Notes under the pieces: model-generated
The model's input: only the letters and a program-made list of their open reading frames with translations
What the model was told of the DNA's origin: nothing
The model's database searches: none
Source: Auanema rhodensis
Taxonomy: Eukaryota > Animalia > Nematoda
DNA: 64,000 bases
Direction: 5' to 3'
Assembly: GCA_964057225.1 (NCBI GenBank)
Contig: OZ059894.1
Span: forward strand, 23,126,001 to 23,190,000
Part shown: piece by piece, positions 1 to 12,120 of the stretch
Layout: the number at the start of each line of letters is the position of its first letter
How positions within the stretch are numbered: the stretch's first letter is position 1
Program-made: the position numbers and the translations under genes

Positions 1-3000
1 GAGATGCGGTTTTCAAAATTAGATTCCCCATGTCCATATTAGTCTAAAAACAAATTTTTATTGATATTGGTTCATGGTAACCATGACTTTGAAATTTACG
101 TGAACTTTAATTTATGCTAATTAAATGTACACGTGATGTGCACTTGGTATGTAACTCGCTTCACGTGAAAGATAAAGAGATGCGGTTTTCAAAATTAGAT
201 TCCCCATGTCCATATTAGTCTAAAAACAAACTTTTATTGATATTGGTGCATGGTAACCATGTCTTTGGAATTTACGTGAACTTTAATTTATGCTAATTAA
301 ATGTACACGTGATGTGCACTTGGTATGTAACTCGCTTCACGTGAAAGATAAAGAGATGCGGTTTTCAAAATTAGATTCCCCATGTCCATATTAGTCTAAA
401 AACAAATTTTTATTGATATTGGTTCATGGTAACCATGACTTTGAAATTTACGTGAACTTTAATTTATGCTAATTAAATGTACACGTGATGTGCACTTGGT
501 ATGTAACTCGCTTCACGTGAAAGATAAAGAGATGCGGTTTTTAAAATTAGATTCCCCATGTCCATATTAGTCTAAAAACAAATTTTTATTGATATTGGTT
601 CATGGTAACCATGACTTTGAAATTTACGTGAACTTTAATTCATGCTAATTAAATGTACACGTGATGTGCACATGGTATGTAACTCGCTTCACGTGAAAGA
701 TAAAGAGATGCGGTTTTCAAAATTAGATTCCCCATGTCCATATTAGTCTGAAAACAAATTTTTATTGATATTGGTTCATGGTAACCATGACTTTGAAATT
801 TACGTGAACTTTAATTTATGCTAATTAAATGTACACGTGATGGGCACTTGGTATGTAACTCGCTTCACGTAAAAGATAAAGAGATGCGGTTTTCAAAATT
901 AGATTCCCCATGTCCATATTAGTCTAAAAACAAACTTGTATTGATATTGGTGCATGGTAACCATGTCTTTGGAATTTACGTGAACTTTAATTTATGCTAA
1001 TTAAATGTACACGTGATGTGCACTTGGTATGTAACTCGCTTCACGTGAAAGATAAAGAGATGCGGTTTTCAAAATTAGTTTCCCCATGTCCATATTAATC
1101 TAAAAACAAATTTTTATTGATATTGGTGAATGGTAACCATGACTTTGAAATTTACGTGAACTTTAATTTATGCTAATTAAATGTACACGTGATGTGCACT
1201 TGGTATGTAACTCGCTTCACGTGAAAGATAAAGAGATGCGGTTTTCAAAATTAGATTCCCCATGTCCATATTAGTCTAAAAACAAATTTTTATTGATATT
1301 GGTGCATGGTAACCATGACTTTGAAATTTACGTGAACTTTAATTTATGTTAATTAAATGTACACGTGATGTGCACTTGGTATGTAACTCGCTTCACGTGA
1401 ATAATAAAGAGATGCGGTTTTCAAAATTAGATTCCCCATGTCCATATTAGTCTAAAAACAAACTTGTATTGATATTGGTGCATGGTAACCATGTCTTTGG
1501 AATTTACGTGAACTTTAATTTATGCTAATTAAATGTACACGTGATGTGCACTTCGTATGTAACTCGCTTCACGTGAAAGATAAAGAGATGCGGTTTTCAA
1601 AATTAGATTCCCCATGTCCATATTAGTCTAAAAACAAATTTTTATTGATACTGGTGCATGGTAACCATGACTTTGAAATTTACGTGAACTTTAATTTATG
1701 CTAATTAAATGTACACGTGATGTGCACTTGGTATGTAACTCGCTTCACGTGAAAGATAAAGAGATGCGGTTTTCAAAATTAGATTCCCCATGTCCATATT
1801 AGTCTAAAAAAAAATTTTTATTGATATTGGTGCATGGTAACCATGACTTTGAAATTTACGTGAACTTTAATTTATGCTAATTAAATGTACACGTGATGTG
1901 CACTTGGTATGTAACTCGCTTCACGTGAAAGATAAAGAGATGCGGTTTTCAAAATTAGATTCCCCATGTCCATATTAGTCTAAAAACAAATTTTTATTGA
2001 TATTGGTGCATGGTAACCATGACTTTGAAATTTACGTGAACTTTAATTTATGCTAATTGAATGTACACGTGATGAGCACTTGGTATGTAACTCGCTTCAC
2101 GTGAAAGATAAAGAGATGCGGTTTTCAAATTTAGATTCCCCATGTCCATATTAGTCTACAAACAAATTTTTATTGATATTGGTGCATGGTAACCATGACT
2201 TTGAAATTTACGTGAACTTTAATTTATGCTAATTAAATGTACACGTGATGTGCACTTGGTATGTAACTCGCTTCACGTGAAAGATAAAGAGATGCGGTTT
2301 TCAAAATTAGATTCCCCATGTCCATATTAGTCTAAAAACAAATTTTTATTGATATTGGTGCATGGTAACCATGACTTTGAAATTTACGTGAACTTTAATT
2401 TATGCTAATTAAATGTACACGTGATGTGCACTTGGTATGTAACTCGCTTCACGTGAAAGATAAAGAGATGCGGTTTTCAAATTTAGATTCCCCATGTCCA
2501 TATTAGTCTACAAACAAATTTTTATTGATATTGGTGCATGGTAACCATGACTTTGAAATTTACGTGAACTTTAATTTATGCTAATTAAATGTACACGTGA
2601 TGTGCACTTGGTATGTAACTCGCTTCACGTGAAAGATAAAGAGATGCGGTTTTCAAAATTAGATTCCCCATGTCCATATTAGTCTAAAAACAAATTTTTA
2701 TTGATATTGGTGCATGGTAACCATGACTTTGAAATTTACGTGAACTTTAATTTATGCTAATTAAATGTACACGTGATGTGCACTTGGTATGTAACTCGCT
2801 TCAGGTGAAAGATAAAGAGATGCGGTTTTCAAAATTAGATTCCCCATGTCCATATTAGTCTAAAAACAAATTTTTATTGATATTGGTTCATGGTAACCAT
2901 GACTTTGAAATTTACGTGAACTTTAATTCATGCTAATTAAATGTACACGTGATGTGCACTTGGTATGTAACTCGCTTCACGTGAAAGATAAAGAGATGCG

Positions 3001-6000
3001 GTTTTCAAAATTAGATTCCCCATGTCCATATTAGTCTAAAAACAAACTTTTATTGATATTGGTGCATGGTAACCATGTCTTTGGAATTTACGTGAACTTT
3101 AATTTATGCTAATTAAATGTACACGTGATGTGCACTTGGTATGTAACTCGCTTCACGTGAAAGATAAAGAGATGCGGTTTTCAAAATTAGATTCCCCATG
3201 TCCATATTAGTCTAAAAACAAATTTTTATTGATATTGGTGCATGGTAACCATGACTTTGAAATTTACGTGAACTTTAATTTATGCTAATTGAATGTACAC
3301 GTGATGAGCACTTGGTATGTAACTCGCTTCACGTGAAAGATAAAGAGATGCGGTTTTCAAATTTAGATTCCCCATGTCCATATTAGTCTACAAACAAATT
3401 TTTATTGATATTGGTGCATGGTAACCATGACTTTGAAATTTACGTGAACTTTAATTTATGCTAATTAAATGTACACGTGATGTGCACTTGGTATGTAACT
3501 CGCTTCACGTGAAAGATAAAGAGATGCGGTTTTCAAAATTAGATTCCCCATGTCCATATTAGTCTAAAAACAAATTTTTATTGATATTGGTGCATGGTAA
3601 CCATGTCTTTGAAATTTACGTGAACTTTAATTTATGCTAATTAAATGTACACGTGATGTGCACTTGGTATGTAATTCGCTTCACGTGAAAGATAAAGAGA
3701 TACGGTTTTCAAAATTAGATTCCCGATGTCCATATTAGTCTAAAAACAAATTTTTATTGATATTGGTTCATGGTAACCATGACTTTGAAATTTACGTGAA
3801 CTTTAATTTATGCTAATTAAATGTACACGTGATGAGCACTTGGTATGTAACTCGCTTCACGTGAAAGATAAAGAGATGCGGTTTTCAAATTTAGATTCCC
3901 CATGTCCATATTAGTCTACAAACAAATTTTTATTGATATTGGTGCATGGTAACCATGACTTTGAAGTTTACGTGAACTTTAATTTATGCTAATTAAATGT
4001 ACACGTGATGTGCACTTGGTATGTAACTCGCTTCACGTGAAAGATAAAGAGATGCGGTTTTCAAAATTAGATTCCCCATGTCCATATTAGTCTAAAAACA
4101 AATTTTTATTGATATTGGTGCATGGTAACCATGTCTTTGAAATTTACGTGAACTTTAATTTATGCTAATTAAATGTACACGTGATGTGCACTTGGTATGT
4201 AATTCGCTTCACGTGAAAGATAAAGAGATGCGGTTTTCAAAATTAGATTCCCCATGTCCATATTAGTCTAAAAACAAATTTTTATTGATATTGGTTCATG
4301 GTAACCATGACTTTGAAATTTACGTGAACTTTAATTTATGCTAATTAAATGTACACGTGATGTGCACTTGGTATGTAACTCGCTTCAGGTGAAAGATAAA
4401 GAGATGCGGTTTTCAAAATTAGATTCCCCATGTCCATATTAGTCTAAAAACAAATTTTTATTGATATTGCTTCATGGTAACCATGACTTTGAAATTTACG
4501 TGAACTTTAATTCATGCTAATTAAATGTACACGTGATGTGCACTTGGTATGTAACTCGCTTCACGTGAAAGATAAAGAGATGCGGTTTTCAAAATTAGAT
4601 TCCCCATGTCCATATTAGTCTAAAAACAAATTTTTATTGATATTGGTGCATGGTAACCATGTCTTTGAAATTTACGTGAACTTTAATTTATGCTAATTCA
4701 ATGTACACGTGATGTGCACTTGGTATGTAACTCGCTTCACGTAAAAGATAAAGAGATGCGGTTTCCAAAATTAGATTCCCCATGTCCATATTAGTCTAAA
4801 AACAAATTTTTATTGATATTGGTGCATGGTAACCATGACTTTGAAATTTACGTGAACTTTAATTTATGCTAATTAAATGTACACGTGATGTGCACTTGGT
4901 ATGTAACTCGCTTCACGTGAAAGATAAAGAGATGCGGTTTTCAAAATTAGATTCCCCATGTCCATATTAGTCTAAAAACAAATTTTTATTGATATTGGTG
5001 CATGGTAACCATGACTTTGAAATTTACGTGAACTTTAATTTATGCTAATTGAATGTACACGTGATGAGCACTTGGTATGTAACTCGCTTCACGTGAAAGA
5101 TAAAGAGATGCGGTTTTCAAAATTAGATTCCCCATGTCCATATTAGTCTAAAAACAAATTTTTATTGATATTGGTTCATGGTAACCATGACTTTGAAATT
5201 TACGTGAACTTTAATTCATGCTAATTAAATGTACACGTGATGTGCACTTGGTATGTAACTCGCTTCACGTGAAAGATAAAGAGATGCGGTTTTCAAAATT
5301 AGATTCCCCATGTCCATATTAGTCTAAAAACAAACTTTTATTGATATTGGTGCATGGTAACCATGTCTTTGGAATTTACGTGAACTTTAATTTATGCTAA
5401 TTAAATGTACACGTGATGTGCACTTGGTATGTAACTCGCTTCACGTGAAAGATAAAGAGATGCGGTTTTCAAAATTAGATTTCCCAAGTCCATATTAGTC
5501 TAAAAACAAATTTTTATTGATATTGGTGCATGGTAACCATGTCTTTGAAATTTACGTGAACTTTAATTTATGCTAATTCAATGTACACGTGATGTGCACT
5601 TGGTATGTAACTCGCTTCACGTAAAAGATAAAGAGATGCGGTTTCAAAATTAGATTCCCCATGTCCATATTAGTCTAAAAACAAATTTTTATTGATATTG
5701 GTGCATGGTAACCATGACTTTGAAATTTACGTGAACTTTAATTCATGCTAATTAAATGTACACGTGATGTGCACTTGGTATGTAACTCGCTTCACGTGAA
5801 AGATAAAGAGATGCGGTTTTCAAAATTAGATTCCCCATGTCCATATTAGTCTAAAAACAAACTTTTATTGATATTGGTGCATGGTAACCATGTCTTTGGA
5901 ATTTACGTGAACTTTAATTTATGCTAATTAAATGTACACGTGATGTGCACTTGGTATGTAACTCGCTTCACGTGAAAGATAAAGAGATGCGGTTTTCAAA

Positions 6001-9000
6001 ATTAGATTTCCCAAGTCCATATTAGTCTAAAAACAAATTTTTATTGATATTGGTGCATGGTAACCATGTCTTTGAAATTTACGTGAACTTTAATTTATGC
6101 TAATTCAATGTACACGTGATGTGCACTTGGTATGTAACTCGCTTCACGTAAAAGATAAAGAGATGCGGTTTCCAAAATTAGATTCCCCATGTCCATATTA
6201 GTCTAAAAACAAATTTTTATTGATATTGGTGCATGGTAACCATGACTTTGAAATTTACGTGAACTTTAATTTATGCTAATTAAATGTACACGTGATGTGC
6301 ACTTGGTATGTAACTCGCTTCACGTGAAAGATAAAGAGATGCGGTTTTCAAAATTAGATTCCCCATGTCCATATTAGTCTAAAAACAAATTTTTATTGAT
6401 ATTGGTGCATGGTAACCATGACTTTGAAATTTACGTGAACTTTAATTTATGCTAATTGAATGTACACGTGATGAGCACTTGGTATGTAACTCGCTTCACG
6501 TGAAAGATAAAGAGATGCGGTTTTCAAATTTAGATTCCCCATGTCCATATTAGTCTACAAACAAATTTTTATTGATATTGGTGCATGGTAACCATGACTT
6601 TGAAATTTACGTGAACTTTAATTTATGCTAATTAAATGTACACGTGATGTGCACTTGGTATGTAACTCGCTTCACGTGAAAGATAAAGAGATGCGGTTTT
6701 CAAAATTAGATTCCCCATGTCCATATTAGTTTAAAAACAAATTTTTATTGATATTGGTGCATGGTAACCATGTCTTTGAAATTTACGTGAACTTTAATTT
6801 ATGCTAATTAAATGTACACGTGATGTGCACTTGGTATGTAATTCGCTTCACGTGAAAGATAAAGAGATGCGGTTTTCAAAATTAGATTCCCCATGTCCAT
6901 ATTAGTCTAAAAACAAATTTTTATTGATATTGGTTCATGGTAACCATGACTTTGAAATTTACGTGAACTTTAATTTATGCTAATTAAATGTACACGTGAT
7001 GTGCACTTGGTATGTAACTCGCTTCACGTAAAAGATAAAGAGATGCGGTTTCCAAAATTAGATTCCCCATGTCCATATTAGTCTAAAAACAAATTTTTAT
7101 TGATATTGGTGCATGGTAACCATGACTTTGAAATTTACGTGAACTTTAATTTATGCTAATTAAATGTACACGTGATGTGCACTTGGTATGTAACTCGCTT
7201 CACGTGAAAGATAAAGAGATGCGGTTTTCAAAATTAGATTCCCCATGTCCATATTAGTCTAAAAACAAATTTTTATTGATATTGGTGCATGGTAACCATG
7301 ACTTTGAAATTTACGTGAACTTTAATTTATGCTAATTGAATGTACACGTGATGAGCACTTGGTATGTAACTCGCTTCACGTGAAAGATAAAGAGATGCGG
7401 TTTTCAAAATTAGATTCCCCATGTCCATATTAGTCTAAAAACAAATTTTTATTGATATTGGTTCATGGTAACCATGACTTTGAAATTTACGTGAACTTTA
7501 ATTCATGCTAATTAAATGTACACGTGATGTGCACTTGGTATGTAACTCGCTTCACGTGAAAGATAAAGAGATGCGGTTTTCAAAATTAGATTCCCCATGT
7601 CCATATTAGTCTAAAAACAAACTTTTATTGATATTGGTGCATGGTAACCATGTCTTTGGAATTTACGTGAACTTTAATTTATGCTAATTAAATGTACACG
7701 TGATGTGCACTTGGTATGTAACTCGCTTCACGTGAAAGATAAAGAGATGCGGTTTTCAAAATTAGATTTCCCAAGTCCATATTAGTCTAAAAACAAATTT
7801 TTATTGATATTGGTGCATGGTAACCATGTCTTTGAAATTTACGTGAACTTTAATTTATGCTAATTCAATGTACACGTGATGTGCACTTGGTATGTAACTC
7901 GCTTCACGTAAAAGATAAAGAGATGCGGTTTCCAAAATTAGATTCCCCATGTCCATATTAGTCTAAAAACAAATTTTTATTGATATTGGTGCATGGTAAC
8001 CATGACTTTGAAATTTACGTGAACTTTAATTTATGCTAATTAAATGTACACGTGATGTGCACTTGGTATGTAACTCGCTTCACGTGAAAGATAAAGAGAT
8101 GCGGTTTTCAAAATTAGATTCCCCATGTCCATATTAGTCTTAAAACAAATTTTTATTGATATTGGTGCATGGTAACCATGTCTTTGAAATTTACGTGAAC
8201 TTTAATTTATGCTAATTAAATGTACACGTGATGTGCACTTGGTATGTAATTCGCTTCACGTGAAAGATAAAGAGATGCGGTTTTCAAAATTAGATTCCCC
8301 ATGTCCATATTAGTCTAAAAACAAATTTTTATTGATATTGGTTCATGGTAACCATGACTTTGAAATTTACGTGAACTTTAATTTATGCTAATTAAATGTA
8401 CACGTGATGTGCACTTGGTATGTAACTCGCTTCAGGTGAAAGATAAAGAGATGCGGTTTTCAAAATTAGATTCCCCATGTCCATATTAGTCTAAAAACAA
8501 ATTTTTATTGATATTGGTTCATGGTAACCATGACTTTGAAATTTACGTGAACTTTAATTCATGCTAATTAAATGTACACGTGATGTGCACTTGGTATGTA
8601 ACTCGCTTCACGTGAAAGATAAAGAGATGCGGTTTTCAAAATTTGATTCCCCATGTCCATATTAGTCTACAAACAAACTTTTATTGATATTGGTGCATGG
8701 TAACCATGTCTTTGGAATTTACGTGAACTTTAATTTATGCTAATTAAATGTACACGTGATGTGCACTTGGTATGTAACTCGCTTCACGTGAAAGATAAAG
8801 AGATGCGGTTTTCAAAATTAGATTTCCCAAGTCCATATTAGTCTAAAAACAAATTTTTATTGATATTGGTGCATGGTAACCATGTCTTTGAAATTTACGT
8901 GAACTTTAATTTATGCTAATTCAATGTACACGTGATGTGCACTTGGTATGTAACTCGCTTCACGTAAAAGATAAAGAGATGCGGTTTCCAAAATTAGATT

Positions 9001-12000
9001 CCCCATGTCCATATTAGTCTAAAAACAAATTTTTATTGATATTGGTGCATGGTAACCATGACTTTGAAATTTACGTGAACTTTAATTTATGCTAATTAAA
9101 TGTACACGTGATGTGCACTTGGTATGTAACTCGCTTCACGTGAAAGATAAAGAGATGCGGTTTTCAAAATTAGATTCCCCATGTCCATATTAGTCTAAAA
9201 ACAAATTTTTATTGATATTGGTTCATGGTAACCATGACTTTGAAATTTACGTGAACTTTAATTTATGCTAATTAAATGTACACGTGATGTGCACTTGGTA
9301 TGTAACTCGCTTCAGGTGAAAGATAAAGAGATGCGGTTTTCAAAATTAGATTCCCCATGTCCATATTAGTCTTAAAACAAATTTTTATTGATATTGGTGC
9401 ATGGTAACCATGTCTTTGAAATTTACGTGAACTTTAATTTATGCTAATTAAATGTACACGTGATGTGCACTTGGTATGTAATTCGCTTCACGTGAAAGAT
9501 AAAGAGATGCGGTTTTCAAAATTAGATTCCCCATGTCCATATTAGTCTAAAAACAAATTTTTATTGATATTGGTTCATGGTAACCATGACTTTGAAATTT
9601 ACGTGAACTTTAATTTATGCTAATTAAATGTACACGTGATGTGCACTTGGTATGTAACTCGCTTCAGGTGAAAGATAAAGAGATGCGGTTTTCAAAATTA
9701 GATTCCCCATGTCCATATTAGTCTAAAAACAAATTTTTATTGATATTGGTTCATGGTAACCATGACTTTGAAATTTACGTGAACTTTAATTCATGCTAAT
9801 TAAATGTACACGTGATGTGCACTTGGTATGTAACTCGCTTCACGTGAAAGATAAAGAGATGCGGTTTTCAAAATTAGATTCCCCATGTCCATATTAGTCT
9901 ACAAACAAACTTTTATTGATATTGGTGCATGGTAACCATGTCTTTGGAATTTACGTGAACTTTAATTTATGCTAATTAAATGTACACGTGATGTGCACTT
10001 GGTATGTAACTCGCTTCACGTGAAAGATAAAGAGATGCGGTTTTCAAAATTAGATTTCCCAAGTCCATATTAGTCTAAAAACAAATTTTTATTGATATTG
10101 GTGCATGGTAACCATGTCTTTGAAATTTACGTGAACTTTAATTTATGCTAATTCAATGTACACGTGATGTGCACTTGGTATGTAACTCGCTTCACGTAAA
10201 AGATAAAGAGATGCGGTTTCCAAAATTAGATTCCCCATGTCCATATTAGTCTAAAAACAAATTTTTATTGATATTGGTGCATGGTAACCATGACTTTGAA
10301 ATTTACGTGAACTTTAATTTATGCTAATTAAATGTACACGTGATGTGCACTTGGTATGTAACTCGCTTCAGGTGAAAGATAAACAGATGCGGTTTTCAAA
10401 ATTAGATTCCCCATGTCCATATTAGTCTAAAAACAAATTTTTATTGATATTGGTTCATGGTAACCATGACTTTGAAATTTACGTGAACTTTAATTCATGC
10501 TAATTAAATGTACACGTGATGTGCACTTGGTATGTAACTCGCTTCACGTGAAAGATAAAGAGATGCGGTTTTCAAAATTAGATTTCCCAAGTCCATATTA
10601 GTCTAAAAACAAATTTTTATTGATATTGGTGCATGGTAACCATGTCTTTGAAATTTACGTGAACTTTAATTTATGCTAATTCAATGTACACGTGATGTGC
10701 ACTTGGTATGTAACTCGCTTCACGTAAAAGATAAAGAGATGCGGTTTCCAAAATTAGATTCCCCATGTCCATATTAGTCTAAAAACAAATTTTTATTGAT
10801 ATTGGTGCATGGTAACCATGACTTTGAAATTTACGTGAACTTTAATTTATGCTAATTAAATGTACACGTGATGTGCACTTGGTATGTAACTCGCTTCAGG
10901 TGAAAGATAAACAGATGCGGTTTTCAAAATTAGATTCCCCATGTCCATATTAGTCTAAAAACAAATTTTTATTGATATTGGTTCATGGTAACCATGACTT
11001 TGAAATTTACGTGAACTTTAATTCATGCTAATTAAATGTACACGTGATGTGCACTTGGTATGTAACTCGCTTCACGTGAAAGATAAAGAGATGCGGTTTT
11101 CAAAATTAGATTCCCCATGTCCATATTAGTCTAAAAACAAATTTTTATTGATATTGGTGCATGGTAACCATGTCTTTGGAATTTACGTGAACTTTAATTT
11201 ATGCTAATTAAATGTACACGTGATGTGCACTTGGTATGTAACTCGCTTCACGTAAAAGATAAAGAGATGCGGTTTCCAAAATTAGATTCCCCATGTCCAT
11301 ATTAGTCTAAAAACAAGTTTTTATTGATATTGGTGCATGGCAACCATGACTTTGAAATTTACGTGAACTTTAATTTATGCTAATTAAATGTACACGTGAT
11401 GTGCACTTGGTATGTAACTCGCTTCACGTGAAAGATAAAGAGATGCGGTTTTCAAAATTAGATTCCCCATGTCCATATTAGTCTAAAAACAAATTTTTAT
11501 TGATATTGGTGCATGGTAACCATGTCTTTGGAATTTACGTGAACTTTAATTTAAGCTAATTAAATGTACACGTGATGTGCACTTGGTATGTAACTCGCTT
11601 CACGTGAAAGATAAAGAGATGCGGTTTTCAAAATTAGATTCCCCATGTCCATATTAGTCTAAAAACAAATTTTTATTGATATTGGTGCATGGTAACCATG
11701 TCTTTGGAATTTACGTGAACTTTAATTTAAGCTAATTAAATGTACACGTGATGTGCACTTGGTATGTAACTCGCTTCACGTAAAAGATAAAGAGATGCGG
11801 TTTCCAAAATTAGATTCCCCATGTCCATATTAGTCTAAAAACAAATTTTTATTGATATTGGTGCATGGTAACCATGACTTTGAAATTTACGTGAACTTTA
11901 ATTTATGCTAATTAAATGTACACGTGATGTGCACTTGGTATGTAACTCGCTTCACGTGAAAGATAAAGAGATGCGGTTTTCAAAATTAGATTCCCCATGT

Positions 12001-12120
12001 CCATATTAGTCTAAAAACAAATTTTTATTGATATTGGTTCATGGTAACCATGACTTTGAAATTTACGTGAACTTTAATTTATGCTAATTAAATGTACACG
12101 TGATGTGCACTTGGTATGTA

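Noticed and set aside
1-176. Assignment to known 171-178-bp satellites (Brassica CentBr, Arabidopsis CEN178, primate alpha, honeybee AluI)
   Set aside because: Only the length is similar. The consensus lacks HindIII (AAGCTT) and AluI (AGCT) sites and does not resemble the sequences I recall. A database search is needed to name it.
1-176. Satellite-encoded hammerhead ribozyme, as in newt, schistosome or cave-cricket satellites
   Set aside because: The CUGANGA core is not present on either strand of the consensus; gtgatga and ctgaaaa variants do not complete it.
150-186. CENP-B box
   Set aside because: No match to TTCG-nnnn-A-nn-CGGG on either strand, even in the gtaattcg variant.
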